From NCBI GenBank assembly GCA_963796825.1, contig CAWCNE010000002.1:532869-596868 (forward strand): a stretch of DNA of 64,000 nt. Direction: 5' to 3'. The stretch is from an uncultured Actinomycetota bacterium. GTDB taxonomy: Bacteria > Actinomycetota > Actinomycetes > Mycobacteriales > Mycobacteriaceae. Position 1 is the stretch's first letter, and each line of letters starts with the position of its first letter. This document shows, piece by piece, positions 11,785 through 23,332 of this stretch. The notes under the pieces were generated by a model. The model searched no databases. It saw only the letters and a list, made by a program, of their open reading frames with translations, and was not told where the DNA came from. The position numbers and the translations under genes are program-made.

Positions 11785-12927
11785 ATGGCAACGCTTCGCT
11801 CAACGGTTGACAGAAGTTCAAAAAAGCTGCCGGAAAGTGGCCTAGCACAACTCCTATCGCAGTCCGGTACGAAGCTCACAGTGGCCAACGCGCAGCTAAC
11901 CGATACCCTCGGTACCGTGAATTCTCCCGACTGGCGTGAACGGCCCGCGACCGCACACTTCGGCCCCGCGTCGTGGCAGTCCGGCCTGCTCGCCCTGCTG
12001 ACCGCAATCTTCGTCCGGCCGGTGCTGGCCGCCCTGACGCTGATCGGCATGGTCGTCAATCGCTTCAGCCCCGACGTCCTGCAGCGGGTGCGCCTGGACG
12101 GCATCGACGGGCCGCTGGGACTGATCCGCCCGCTGCCCGGCACCGACGTCGCACGTGTCGACCTGCCGAACTGCCCGGCCGAATGGGTGATCGCCCCGCA
12201 GGCCCGCGAGTCGACCTCGCTGATCGTCTATTTCCACGGCTCGGCGCTGGTGACCCTCGGGCTCAACTCGCACCGTCGCTTCGTCAGCCGGCTGTCGGCG
12301 GCGACCGGCGCCAAGGTGCTCAACGTCGGCTACCGCCTGGCGCCGCAGGCCAGCATCGAAGACGCCGTCGGAGACGGGTTGGACGGCTACCGCTTCGCAC
12401 TGGCGCAGGGGTTCGCGCCCGAGCGGATCGTGCTGGCCGGTGACTCGGCGGGTGGTCTGATGGCCGCCGACGTCGCGCTCGCGGCACGCGACGCCGGATT
12501 ACCGGTGCCCGCCGGTCAGGCGTTGATGTCCCCGTTGACGTCGGCCGACATGGACCTGAAGTACCGGGCCTTGAAAGACCACGGCGACGTGATGTTCCCG
12601 TTCATGACGGTCAAGTTCATCTACGACGTGTTCGCCACCGTCAACGGCACCCGCCCGCCGCCGGTGATGCCGCCGGACGCTGACCTGCATGGGCTCGGCC
12701 CGTTCCTGCTGCAGGTGGGCACCCACGAGATGCTACTCAACGACACGATCGTGTTCGCCGAAAAGCTGCGTGCCCAGAACATCGAAGTCTGGGTGCAGCA
12801 GTGGCACAAGGCGATGCACATGTTCCAGCTCAGCTTCGACGTCAACCCCGACGCCCGTCGCGCCGTCGACGAGGTCGCGGCGTTCATCCGCTACGCGACA
12901 ACCGTGCAGGACGAAATCAGCGCCTAG
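11785..12927 (+). CDS. Alpha/beta hydrolase (HSL-family lipase/esterase); true start may be downstream
   Basis: GDSAGG nucleophile motif, VGYRLAP, QVGTHEML, HMFQ. Confidence 0.85.
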   Translation: MATLRSTVDRSSKKLPESGLAQLLSQSGTKLTVANAQLTDTLGTVNSPDWRERPATAHFGPASWQSGLLALLTAIFVRPVLAALTLIGMVVNRFSPDVLQRVRLDGIDGPLGLIRPLPGTDVARVDLPNCPAEWVIAPQARESTSLIVYFHGSALVTLGLNSHRRFVSRLSAATGAKVLNVGYRLAPQASIEDAVGDGLDGYRFALAQGFAPERIVLAGDSAGGLMAADVALAARDAGLPVPAGQALMSPLTSADMDLKYRALKDHGDVMFPFMTVKFIYDVFATVNGTRPPPVMPPDADLHGLGPFLLQVGTHEMLLNDTIVFAEKLRAQNIEVWVQQWHKAMHMFQLSFDVNPDARRAVDEVAAFIRYATTVQDEISA

Positions 12928-12941
12928 AAGCCAGCGGGCTG

Positions 12942-14515
12942 CTAGTGAGCGAAGTGCCGCGCGCCGGTCAGGTAGAGCGTCACCCCGGCGCTCTCCGCCG
13001 CGGCAGTCACCTCGTCATCACGCACCGAACCGCCCGGGTGCACGATCGCCTTCACCCCCGCGGCGGTCAGGGTTTCCAGGCCGTCCGGGAACGGGAAGAA
13101 GGCGTCGGACGCGGCGACCGCGCCGCTGACCCTTTGCCCACCACGCTCGACCGCCAACCTCGCCGCGTCGACCCGGTTGACCTGACCCATGCCGATGCCG
13201 ATGGTGGCACCGCCGCCGGCGATCACGATCGCGTTGGATTTCACGGCGCGGCAGGTTCGCCAGGCGAAGGCCAGGTCTGCCAGGGTGGCCGGGTCGGCCG
13301 CGGCGCCGGCGGCCAGCGTCCAGTTGTCCGGGTCATCACCGGGCGCGTCGATCCTGGTCGCGCTGCTGCACCAGCAGCCCGCCGCTGATCTGACGACGCT
13401 CGGTGTCGTCATCCATGGGCTCGAGCAGCGACCAGCACTCGGACGTTCTTCTTGCGCGCCAGCACCTCGACGGCACCCGGTGCATACGCCGGCGCCACGA
13501 TCACCTCGGTGAAGATCGTGCTGACGTACTCGGCCATCTCGACGCTGACCTCGGTGTTGGCCGCGATCACCCCGCCGAATGCGCTGAGCGGGTCGCACTC
13601 GTGGGCTTTTCGGTGCGCATCCGCGACCGAGTCCGACGAGACGGCGATGCCACACGGGTTGGCGTGCTTGATGATCGCCACGCAGATCTGCTCGTGGTCG
13701 AAGGCCGCCCGCCAGGCCGCGTCCGCGTCGGTGAAGTTGTTGTACGACATCTCTTTTCCGTGCAACTGATCGGCCTGCGCCAAGCCGGGCCAGCCGCCGT
13801 CGTCGACGTAGAGCGCGGCCTGCTGATGCGGGTTCTCGCCGTAGCGCAGCTGGGTCGAGCGTCGCCACGTACCTGCCACCCATTCCGGGAATGCCGCGGC
13901 CGGCTCTTCGGGCGCCAGCGTCGACTCCATCCAGCCCGCCACCGCTACGTCGTACTCCGCGGTGTGCCGAAAAGCCAACGACGCCAGCCTCTTTCGTTCG
14001 GCAAGGGTGAAGCCGCCGCTGCGTACCGCGGCCAGCACGCCGTCATAGCCGAGCGGGTCGGTCACCACCGCGACGCTGGGGTGATTCTTGGCGGACGCGC
14101 GGACCATCGATGGCCCGCCGATGTCGATCTGCTCCACGCATTCGTCGACGCCCGCACCGGATTCGACGGTCGCGCTGAACGGGTACAGGTTGACCACCAC
14201 CAATTCGAACGCCGCGATGCCGAGTTGCTCGAGGGCGGCGGCGTGCTCCGGCTTGCGCAGATCGGCCAGTAGGCCGGCGTGCACCCGCGGGTGCAGGGTC
14301 TTGACCCGGCCGTCGAGCACCTCCGGGAAACCGGTCAGCTCCTCCACCGGGGTGACGGGAATGCCTTTGTCGGCAATGGTTTTCGCGGTCGACCCGGTCG
14401 AGACGATCTCCACGCCGGCGTCGGCGAGCCCCTCGGCGAGTTCGACCAGTCCGGTCTTGTCGTAGACGCTGATCAACGCGCGGCGAATCTGCCGCTTCTC
14501 GTCACTCGGGCTCAT
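12942..14515 (-). CDS. purH: Bifunctional AICAR transformylase/IMP cyclohydrolase; indels near 13350-13440
   Basis: [54 protein letters not shown]. Confidence 0.95.
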
Positions 14516-14527
14516 CTGCGCCGCTCC

Positions 14528-15157
14528 TCATCCGATAGTCGCCTTTCGTCCGATCCAGGTCACGCCGCCGGTCGCCACCGCGGCTATCACATCCACCAAG
14601 AGTCGCCGTTCGGTGACCTTGATGCGTTCGTGCAGGGTCTCTTCGTCGTCGTCGTCGAGCACCGGAACAGCCTGCTGGGCAAGTATCGGCCCGGTGTCGG
14701 TGCCGGCGTCCACCAGATGCACCGTGCATCCGGTGACTTTGACGCCGTGGGCCAACGCATCGGCCACCCCGTGCGCACCCGGGAATGCCGGCAGCAGAGC
14801 CGGATGGGTGTTGAGGGTGCGGCCGACGAATTTCGAAAGAAATTCTGACCCAAGGACTTTCATGAAGCCGGCCGATACAACCAGGTCGGGCGAGTGTGCC
14901 ACGGTCGCCTCGGTGAGCGCGACGTCCCACGCGGCCCGGTTGGGGTAGTCGGCCAGCCGCACCCTGAAGGACGGCAGCGATGCGGCGGCTGCGATATCGA
15001 CGGCTGCGCAGTCGCGATCCACGCCGACGGCGACCACCCTGGCCGGATAGTCATCGACGGCGGCGTCCAGCAGCGAGGCCAGCAGTGACCCGGTGCCCGA
15101 TGCCAGCACCACCAATCGTGCCGGTGCGCTGGGTGGCACGCGGAACGGTTGCTGCAC
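14528..15157 (-). CDS. purN: Phosphoribosylglycinamide formyltransferase
   Basis: LASGTGS, LNTHPALLPAFPG, TGCTVHLVD, DTGPILAQ. Confidence 0.95.
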   Translation of the reverse strand: MQQPFRVPPSAPARLVVLASGTGSLLASLLDAAVDDYPARVVAVGVDRDCAAVDIAAAASLPSFRVRLADYPNRAAWDVALTEATVAHSPDLVVSAGFMKVLGSEFLSKFVGRTLNTHPALLPAFPGAHGVADALAHGVKVTGCTVHLVDAGTDTGPILAQQAVPVLDDDDEETLHERIKVTERRLLVDVIAAVATGGVTWIGRKATIG

Positions 15158-15167
15158 AGGTCAGAGC

Positions 15168-16529
15168 CTAGCGGTCCTCGTCCGGCCCATCGAACCCACT
15201 CGGCGACGATGCGGGCCGGTCCGCGGCCCGAGGAGGAGCCGGACCATCGGACCCGGCCGGAGGTTCGTCGACGCCCGGCGCCTCAGCGGCTTCAAAATGC
15301 ACCTCGACCTCGTCGGCCTCTAAGGCGGCCATCGGCTCGGCGAGCACGGGCGCCTCGGCCGGCGGCGCGACGCGGACCGGCTTGGGCGCGCGCGGACGGC
15401 GCTTGATGCCGCCGGCCATCACGACAGTGAGCGTGCCGATAGCGGTGAACCACAGGAAGATCGCGAAACCGAAAGTCCCCTGGTCGATTCCAACGCCGCC
15501 GAAATTGCCCAGCTGTCCGCTGCCGGCGTAACCGAGCAGGGCCAGGCCCAGCGCCGCCAGCAACGCCGCAATCCCGACCTTCGCCATCGCATCGGACAGC
15601 GGCAACGGCCGTCGGGCACACTGCTGCCCGAGAGCGACTCCCGCGGATGCTCCGACAATGAGCAGCGCGACCCACACCGGCCCCAGCGGCGGGTGCGGGG
15701 CCGCGGCCAGCACCGGCAGCGCGGGAATGTCCCCACCGAAGACCGTGAACGAGCTGAACGTCGCAAAACCCAGGTGAGCACTGGATCCCACCGCCATCGC
15801 GGCCGTCGCCACGATGACGTTGGGCACGTACAGCACCGACAGCAGCGTCAGGCTGAACTGGCCGAAGATCGAACTGGTGATGCCGTACAAGTCCTGCATC
15901 GTCGCCCAGTGCACGACCAGCGAGCAGGCCGCCACCAGACCCGACAATCCGAGCAGCGCCAAGACGCCGGCCACCGCCGCGCGCAGCGAATCGGCCAGCC
16001 AGGCGGGCAGCGGTGACGCCGCGAGTAATCGGCGACCGACCCTCGAGCCCACCCCGATCGACGCGCCGATGAGATGCACGAGCAGCACGCTGATGAAAGC
16101 GCGCGACGCACTCGGGGTCTGCAGTTCGGTGATGACCGATGCGGCGTCGTGGATGACCGCCAAGGCGATGGCGGCGATCAGCAGCGGCCCGCCCAGAGCA
16201 GACGCGACGATCCATCGGATGACGAACCAAGACGCCGTGGTCGGGGTGGCCTGCGCGGTGGTGCGCGCAGTTCCCCACACCATCAACAGCACCGGCAGCA
16301 GCGGCATCACACCCAGCTCGCGGCCACCGATCGAGATCGGCACCTGATGGACGCCGAGCCACATGCTGGCGATCGCACCCAGCGCGCCGGTCATGTCGCT
16401 GTTGGCGATCACCAACTGCAGCAGGGTCACTGCGGCGATGACCACCAAAGCCACCGCCGCGGGCCCGAACGCGACCCGAAGAAGATCACGCGCCTGGTGC
16501 GCGCCCGGGGTTCGACTGTCCGGCGTCAC
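15168..16529 (-). CDS. perM: Multi-pass membrane protein PerM (Rv0955-like)
   Basis: About 10 hydrophobic helices; syntenic position between Rv0954-like gene and purN. Confidence 0.78.
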   Translation of the reverse strand: MTPDSRTPGAHQARDLLRVAFGPAAVALVVIAAVTLLQLVIANSDMTGALGAIASMWLGVHQVPISIGGRELGVMPLLPVLLMVWGTARTTAQATPTTASWFVIRWIVASALGGPLLIAAIALAVIHDAASVITELQTPSASRAFISVLLVHLIGASIGVGSRVGRRLLAASPLPAWLADSLRAAVAGVLALLGLSGLVAACSLVVHWATMQDLYGITSSIFGQFSLTLLSVLYVPNVIVATAAMAVGSSAHLGFATFSSFTVFGGDIPALPVLAAAPHPPLGPVWVALLIVGASAGVALGQQCARRPLPLSDAMAKVGIAALLAALGLALLGYAGSGQLGNFGGVGIDQGTFGFAIFLWFTAIGTLTVVMAGGIKRRPRAPKPVRVAPPAEAPVLAEPMAALEADEVEVHFEAAEAPGVDEPPAGSDGPAPPRAADRPASSPSGFDGPDEDR

Positions 16530-16595
16530 GGTTTGAGGACGTTACACAGCGGCTGTCTGCGTGGCGACCCGCCGCGCCCGACCGCGACGGCCGCG

Positions 16596-17428
16596 CTAGG
16601 ACTGTGACGGGCCCGACGGCGAGGACGGCGCCTGCGGCTGCGGACCCGTGCCGTACGAGTGCTGGCTGTGAGCCGAACCACCCTGGTCGCCGGCGCCACC
16701 CTGGCCCGGCGCCCCGGAGCCGGACGACGGTGGCGGGCTGAAGCTGGGGAAACCCGTTGGCGGAGTGGGCGATCCGTGCTGGGACTGCGCCGAGCTCGGC
16801 TGCGGGCCCGGTTGCGCGGCGAAGCCGCCCGTGGTCGGGCCAGACGGGTAGCCGCCGTACTGCGTCCCATACCCGGACTGCTGGTAGGGGGCCTGCTGCT
16901 GGCCGTAGTAGCCGCCGTACTGGCCGTAGTACTGGTCGTACTTGGGGCGGGGAGCCGGCGCGGTGATCACGCCCGCGTCCAGCAGCAGCGCGCTGATGGC
17001 CAGGCCGGCCTGCACGACCCCGGCCGTCACAGCGATCCACAATCCGGCGCCGCGATCCGACGCGTCGATGGTGTCCTGGATCAGCAGCAACGCACCCAGA
17101 AGCGATACCGCGGTCACCGCCGCGAGGAAGTTCTTGGCCTTCGGCAACAGGTTCACTGCGGCCAGCAGACCGGCCAGCAGGACCAGGTCGACCGGCAGCG
17201 TGCTGCCCTTCTCGACCAGCTCATCGCCGTTGGGCAGCAGGCGGGAAACCATCGGGAAGTAACTCGCGAGGTAGGTGAGCACACCGAGGACCGCGACCGC
17301 AATGGTCAGGTAGTGCTTGAGATTGTTCTCGGCGTCCTCGGACTTCGCGAATGACGCGCGGCGGGCGCCCCATAGGAACCGGGCGACTGCGCGGGCGGAT
17401 ATCCGGGATTGCCGGGCGGGTAGGTCAT
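16596..17428 (-). CDS. Rv0954-like 34 kDa membrane protein (DUF5336); frameshift near 17355
   Basis: MTYPPGNPGY start, four TM helices, Y/G/Q/P-rich tail with TPPTGFPSFSPPP. Confidence 0.78.
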
Positions 17429-17658
17429 GACTTCTCCTGTGCCTTCCGATGCGGTTGCGGCGCCACTGTCGTGCGGCGCTGGTCACTCCCGCGCGCCGCT
17501 CCCCGCGAGGCTACCTGGAAATACTGGGCCAACAACGGGACGGCGGCTGTGCGCGGGCTTTGCGACGCGAGCCGATCATCCACGCTAGCGCACCTCGGCC
17601 ACGACGTCGGCGCACACCTCGGCCGCCGGTACCCACCCCCGGTGGTTGCCCGCAAGAT

Positions 17659-17672
17659 TGGAACACGTTCTA
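17659..17672. promoter_or_regulatory. KstR operator
   Basis: TGGAACACGTTCTA matches TnnAACnnGTTnnA, 8 nt before the ATG of the Rv0953c-like gene. Confidence 0.85.
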
Positions 17673-17680
17673 ATTCATCC

Positions 17681-18529
17681 ATGGACTACGGGCTTGTGCT
17701 GTTCACCAGCGATCGCGGAATCTCCCCGGCGTCGGCCGCCACTCTTGCCGATAACCACGGGTTCCAGACGTTCTACGTACCCGAACACACCCACATTCCG
17801 GTCAAGCGTCAGGCCGCTCATCCGACCACCGGCGACGAGTCGCTGCCTGACGACCGTTACATGCGCACGCTGGATCCCTGGGTGAGCCTCGGCGCGGCGT
17901 GCGCGGTCACGTCGCGGGTCCGGCTGTCCACCGCGGTGGCGCTGCCGGTCGAACACGACCCGATCACGCTGGCGAAATCCATCGCGACGCTCGACCACCT
18001 CTCGGGCGGACGTGTCAGCCTGGGCGTCGGGTTCGGCTGGAACACCGACGAACTCGCCGACCACGGTGTTCCGCCCGGCCGTCGTCGCACCATGTTGCGT
18101 GAATACATCGAGGCGATGCGGGCCCTGTGGACCGAAGAGGAAGCCTCCTACGAGGGCGAGTTCGTCAAGTTCGGGCCCAGCTGGGCATGGCCCAAGCCGG
18201 TGCAGTCGCACATCCCGGTTCTGGTCGGGGCGGCCGGCAACGAGAAGAACTTCAAGTGGATCGCCCGCAGCGCCGACGGCTGGATCACCACCCCCCGCGA
18301 CTTCGACATCGACGGGCCGGTGAAGCTGCTGCAGGACACCTGGGCCGCCGCCGGCCGCGACGGCGCCCCACAGATCGTCGCGCTGGACTTCAAGCCGATT
18401 CCGGAGAAGTTGGCGCACTGGGCCGAGATCGGGGTCACCGAGGTGTTGTTCGGACTGCCCGACAAGTCCGAAGATGAGGTGGCCGCATACGTCGAGCGAT
18501 TGGCGGGCAAGCTGGCCGCAGCGGTCTGA
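17681..18529 (+). CDS. LLM-class F420-dependent oxidoreductase, Rv0953c-like
   Basis: VPEHTHIP, LDPWV, ATLDHLSGGRVSLGVGFGWN. Confidence 0.88.
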   Translation: MDYGLVLFTSDRGISPASAATLADNHGFQTFYVPEHTHIPVKRQAAHPTTGDESLPDDRYMRTLDPWVSLGAACAVTSRVRLSTAVALPVEHDPITLAKSIATLDHLSGGRVSLGVGFGWNTDELADHGVPPGRRRTMLREYIEAMRALWTEEEASYEGEFVKFGPSWAWPKPVQSHIPVLVGAAGNEKNFKWIARSADGWITTPRDFDIDGPVKLLQDTWAAAGRDGAPQIVALDFKPIPEKLAHWAEIGVTEVLFGLPDKSEDEVAAYVERLAGKLAAAV

Positions 18530-18556
18530 GCCGCAGAGACGGACGGGAGGCGCATC

Positions 18557-18958
18557 GTGACAACTCACGACGAGCAGGGCCGGCACTTCCCCTACCGCTA
18601 CGAGACTCGGCTGGCGCCGATGTGGCTGGCCTTTCGGGCGTGGCCGAGCACGCAGGGCGTCACGGTGACCGACGACGGTCAGTTGATCGTCCGCTACGGA
18701 CCGTTCCGGATCGAGGCGCCGCTGTCTCAAATTCAGGCTGCGCATATCACCGGTCCCTATCGGTGGTGGACGGCGGTGGGGGCGCGGCTGTCGCTCGCCG
18801 ACGACGGACTGACATTCGGCACCAACGCGTCTCAGGGCGTGTGCATCCACTTCGAGCCGCGGATTCATCGCGTCCTGGGTCTGCGGGACCACTCGGCGCT
18901 CAACGTGACCGTCGAGGACTGCGAGGGCTTGGTCGCTGCGCTGACCGCCGCCGGTTGA
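18557..18958 (+). CDS. Conserved hypothetical protein
   Basis: GGGAGG RBS, normal codon usage, ITGPYRWW...GLTFGTN motif. Confidence 0.65.
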   Translation: MTTHDEQGRHFPYRYETRLAPMWLAFRAWPSTQGVTVTDDGQLIVRYGPFRIEAPLSQIQAAHITGPYRWWTAVGARLSLADDGLTFGTNASQGVCIHFEPRIHRVLGLRDHSALNVTVEDCEGLVAALTAAG

Positions 18959-18979
18959 TCAGCTCTAGGCTGAAACAGC

Positions 18980-19516
18980 ATGAACCGCTCGGGACGCGCC
19001 GCGAGAGCGCGTCGCCTGAGTGTGCTGCTCGCGGCTGTGGCGCTCACCGGGTGCACCCAGACCGTCCACGGCACCGCCGTCGCGCGGTTCTCGCTGCCCG
19101 TAGACGGCTTCCCGGGGACCGCGGGATACACCGCGGTCGACTCCGACTCGTTCTACATCCGTGATGGCAACCCGGAGTACGGCTTCGTCTTCACCGCCCC
19201 GAACGGGCTCGTCTGCGGGATGGGGTCTTTCCCGGCGTGGGAGTCGGCCGGCGCGGAATGCACTGGTTCACGGCCCGACCGGGGACCTGGATCCTGGACC
19301 GTCGATGCGGAACGCTTCGGTGCGACCAGCGTCCAGACGTCGGTGATGCCCAGGGGCGCGAATCGGAGAACTCGACCTAATAAGCCTCTGCCACAACGGC
19401 ATTACGTCGTCGACTCGGTCGACACGCTGTGCTTGGTGACCCAGGACTCGGTTGTGGCGTGTCACGTCGGTGGGCACGGTTTCATCTTGACCCCGGACAA
19501 GACGACGCTGTTCTAA
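18980..19516 (+). CDS. Putative lipoprotein
   Basis: Basic N-region, hydrophobic core, lipobox ALTG-C, four further Cys, C-terminal GHGFIL. Confidence 0.7.
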   Translation: MNRSGRAARARRLSVLLAAVALTGCTQTVHGTAVARFSLPVDGFPGTAGYTAVDSDSFYIRDGNPEYGFVFTAPNGLVCGMGSFPAWESAGAECTGSRPDRGPGSWTVDAERFGATSVQTSVMPRGANRRTRPNKPLPQRHYVVDSVDTLCLVTQDSVVACHVGGHGFILTPDKTTLF

Positions 19517-21051
19517 CCGAGCGACGCCTGGTTGATGTCCTCGTCGGTCGACTTCACGGTGATCCTCGCGCCCAACGGGTCACCGTCGGTCATCAGCGCC
19601 ACCAGGTCCTCGTCCTCGGTGAGCGCCATGAACCGCGAGCCGTCGGCGTCGAGCCGGCCGATGATGACACCGGTCGTCGTCGGCCAGTCGTACCGCACCG
19701 AATACGTCTCAATGATGCCCGCGCCGTTGGCATTTCGCGTGACCGGCACCTTCGGCAATGCAGCGATGTCCTGCTGCAACTCCTTGCTACGGTCGGCCGC
19801 CCAGTCGCCCGGCGTTGTGGAGTACACCCCCACCGAATACTTGCTCATCACACCGCCGTTGGCGCCGACGAGCCCGAACGAGCCCGGCTTGTCGCGCATG
19901 GCGGCCACGGTCTCGGCGATGCCGTGCAGCGAATAGCTGTTGCCGGGGCCGCCGAAATAGGGCAGGCCTCCGGTGAGCGTCAAACCGCGCGGGTCGTCGG
20001 CGGTGAGCCCGAAGTCGTCGCACACCGCGAAGACCGGGAACGGGAAGCAGCTGTAGAGGTCGAATGTCGCCACGTCGTCGATGCCGATGTCGGCGACCCG
20101 AAGCGCTTCTGCCACAGCCTGTTTGGCGGAGTAGCTGACACTGACGTCGACGCGGTCCAGCAAGTCCTGCTCGGTCTGATCGGCATGCCCGCGCAGGTAG
20201 ACCCACTTGTCCTCGGGCACCCCGAGCCGGCGGGCCGCCGACACCGACATCACCAGCGCAGCGGCCCCTTGATTGACGGTGTCGCGCGCCACCAGCAGCC
20301 GCGGATACGGGTCGCAGATCATCCGGTTCTCGTCGGTGACGGTTTCGATCTCCTCCACCGACCGTTCCACCGGCGAGGACGAGAACGGGTTCTTGGCAGC
20401 GACTTTCGAGAACGGGGCGAAGAGCTCGGCCATCGCGTGCCGGTAGTCGGCGACGCCGAGCCCGAGCCGTCCTCGACGCGCGTTGTCGAGCAGCCCGTAC
20501 TGCACGGGCGCTCCGGTCAGCCCGTGCTTGGCGGTGTACTCGCTCATGTACTGCTCGAAACCATAACCACGGTCCTCGAGCTGGCCACCGACGTGCTCGG
20601 TGAAGTCCGGCTTGTCGTCACGCCCGGCGAAGTACTTCGCCGTCGATCCGGGCTCGGACCCGAGGATCAACGCGACCTCGATGTCACCGGCGGCGATCGC
20701 CCCGGCGAACTCCGTCATCAGCTTCTGCGGACCGTTGCCGCCGATGGGCTCGAGCACCGCACGCGCCGGATCGGCGCCGACCCGGTTGGCCACCGATCGC
20801 ACGTAGTTGTCGGAGCAGCCGAGCGGCGGCTTCGTGAACGGGGTGCAGATCTCGAACTGACGCAGGCCGGCGAACACCTCGATGGCCTCCGCCACCGTGC
20901 TCACGTCCGCGCCGGTGTCAGCGAGCGCGGCCCGCACGGCCTCGGTCGCCAGATCGACTGAGGACATGCCGCGGTAACCGGGATCGTCGATGCGCTCGGT
21001 GAACTGGCCCACTCCGACGACGACGGGAGTACGCGGATCGACGACCGCCAT
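19513..21051 (-). CDS. Thiolase-like protein (acetyl-CoA acetyltransferase family) with C-terminal extension
   Basis: PVVVGVGQ, VNQGAAALVMS, FDLYSCFP, LTGGLPYFGGPGN. Confidence 0.82.
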   Translation of the reverse strand: MAVVDPRTPVVVGVGQFTERIDDPGYRGMSSVDLATEAVRAALADTGADVSTVAEAIEVFAGLRQFEICTPFTKPPLGCSDNYVRSVANRVGADPARAVLEPIGGNGPQKLMTEFAGAIAAGDIEVALILGSEPGSTAKYFAGRDDKPDFTEHVGGQLEDRGYGFEQYMSEYTAKHGLTGAPVQYGLLDNARRGRLGLGVADYRHAMAELFAPFSKVAAKNPFSSSPVERSVEEIETVTDENRMICDPYPRLLVARDTVNQGAAALVMSVSAARRLGVPEDKWVYLRGHADQTEQDLLDRVDVSVSYSAKQAVAEALRVADIGIDDVATFDLYSCFPFPVFAVCDDFGLTADDPRGLTLTGGLPYFGGPGNSYSLHGIAETVAAMRDKPGSFGLVGANGGVMSKYSVGVYSTTPGDWAADRSKELQQDIAALPKVPVTRNANGAGIIETYSVRYDWPTTTGVIIGRLDADGSRFMALTEDEDLVALMTDGDPLGARITVKSTDEDINQASLG

Positions 21052-21096
21052 TACAGGCCTCCTGACAAGTGTTAATTCGTCAGGCTAACCGAAACC

Positions 21097-21110
21097 TGTA
21101 ACGTGTTCCA
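21097..21110. promoter_or_regulatory. KstR operator upstream of the thiolase-like gene
   Basis: TGTAACGTGTTCCA matches TnnAACnnGTTnnA. Confidence 0.8.
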
Positions 21111-21133
21111 ATTTCGCCGCGAACAGCCCCGCG

Positions 21134-22037
21134 CTACAGCTTCTCCAGGATTTCCCGGGCGAGCGCGGCGGTCTCCGACGGAGTCTTGCCGACCTTGACC
21201 CCGGCCGCCTCCAGCGCTTCCTTCTTGGCCGCGGCGGTGCCCGATGAGCCGGACACGATGGCGCCGGCGTGGCCCATCGTCTTGCCTTCCGGCGCAGTGA
21301 ATCCCGCGACGTAGCCGACGACCGGCTTGGACACGTTGGCCTTGATGTAGTCGGCCGCACGCTCCTCGGCGTCACCGCCGATCTCGCCGATCATCACGAT
21401 GATCTTGGTGTCGGGGTCCTTCTCGAACGCCTCGATCGCGTCGATGTGGGTGGTGCCGATCACCGGGTCACCGCCGATGCCGATCGACGTGGAGAAGCCG
21501 AAATCGCGCAGCTCGTACATCATTTGGTAGGTCAGCGTGCCGGACTTGGACACCAGGCCGACGGGACCGGAGCCGGAGATGTTGGCCGGGGTGATGCCGA
21601 CCAGCGCCTGTCCGGGGGTGATGATGCCGGGACAGTTCGGGCCGATGATCCGGGTCTTGCTGCCCTTCGAAAGGTTGTACGCCCACGCATAAGCGCTGTC
21701 CTGCACCGGGATTCCCTCGGTGATGACCACCAGCAGCGGGATCTCGGCATCGATGGCCTCGATGATCGCGTCCTTGGCGAAGACCGGCGGCACGAAGATG
21801 ATCGACACGTCGGCGCCGGTCTTCTCGATGGCTTCGGCGACGCTGCCGAACACCGGCAACTCGACCGGCTCGTCGTCGACATTCTTGTGCGCGACGGTGG
21901 TGCCGGCCTTACGGGCGTTGACGCCGCCGACGATGTGCGTGCCGGCCTTGAGCATCCGGGCGGTGTGCTTGGTGGCCTCGGATCCGGTGATGCCCTGGAC
22001 GACGACCTTGTTGTTCTGCGGTCAGGAAGATTGCCAT
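21134..22037 (-). CDS. sucD: Succinyl-CoA synthetase alpha subunit; frameshift near 22015
   Basis: [38 protein letters not shown]. Confidence 0.95.
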
Positions 22038-22055
22038 TGGTCTTCAGTCCTTTTC

Positions 22056-23221
22056 TCAGGCGCTCGCCAGCTCGGCGGCCTTGTCGGCGGCCTCGTCCAT
22101 CGTGGGCACCAGCGTCACCAGCGGGTGGTTGGCCTCGGTGAGGATCCGGCGGCCTTCGTCGACGTTGTTGCCGTCGAGGCGCACGACGAGCGGCTTGTTG
22201 GCCTCGTCGCCCAGGATCTCCAGCGCCTTGACGATGCCGGTGGCGACCGCGTCGCACGAGGTGATGCCGCCGAACACGTTGACGAACACGCTCTTGACCT
22301 GCTCGTCGCCCAGCACGACGTCGAGCCCGGCGGCCATCACTTCGGCGGACGCGCCGCCGCCGATGTCGAGGAAGTTGGCCGGCTTGACGCCGCCGTGCTT
22401 CTCGCCGGCGTAGGCGACGACGTCGAGGGTCGACATGACCAGACCCGCGCCGTTGCCGATGATGCCGACCTGGCCGTCGAGCTTGACGTAGTTGAGGTCG
22501 TGCTCCTTGGCCTTGAGCTCCAGCGGGTCGGTGGCGTCGCGGTCCTCGAACTCGAGCGTGGCCGGGCTGGCGGAAGTCGGCGTTGCCGTCCAGCGTCACC
22601 TTGCCGTCCAGCGCCAGGATCTGATCGTCGGGGGTGCGCACCAGCGGGTTGACCTCGACCAGGGTGGCGTCCTCGGCGACGAAGACCTCCCACAGCTTGG
22701 AGATGGTCACGGCGGCGGCGTCGAGCACCTCGGCCGGCAGGTGGCCCTGCTCGGCGATCGAGCGGGCGAACGCCTCGTCGACACCCTTGACCGCGTCCAC
22801 CGGGACCTTGGCCAGCCGCTCGGGCTTGGTGGCCGCGACCTCTTCGATCTCCACGCCGCCCTCCACCGAGCACATGGCCAGGTAGGTGCGGTTGGCGCGG
22901 TCCAGCAGGAAGGAGATGTAGTACTCCTCGGCGATGTCGCTGGCCTCGGCGACCAGCAGCTTCTTCACGATGTGGCCCTTGATGTCGAGACCGAGGATGT
23001 TCTTCGCGTGGTTGTAGGCGTCCTCGGCGGTCGCGGCGTACTTCACGCCGCCGGCCTTGCCTCGTCCACCGACCTTGACCTGCGCCTTGACCATCACCGG
23101 GTCGACCGATCTCTTCGGCGATGGCTTTGGCCCCATCGGCGGTGTCTGTCACCCGGCCGGGTGTGGTTGGGACGTTGTGCTTGGCGAACAGCTCTTTCGC
23201 CTGATACTCGAAAAGATCCAT
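22056..23221 (-). CDS. sucC: Succinyl-CoA synthetase beta subunit; frameshifts near 23110 and 22555
   Basis: [48 protein letters not shown]. Confidence 0.95.
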
Positions 23222-23332
23222 GGGCTCACTTCTGTGTGTCGGCCTGTTTGCAAGCGGGCCGAGGTTTTCCGTTGCCCGCTTGCGGGAACTGTATCGAGAC
23301 GGCCAGAAGGTTCCATCGTCGGCATCGGTTGA

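Noticed and set aside
14516..14527. ZMP/ZTP riboswitch upstream of purH
   Set aside because: Only 12 bp separate purN and purH, and purN appears leaderless (TAGGCT 7 nt before GTG)
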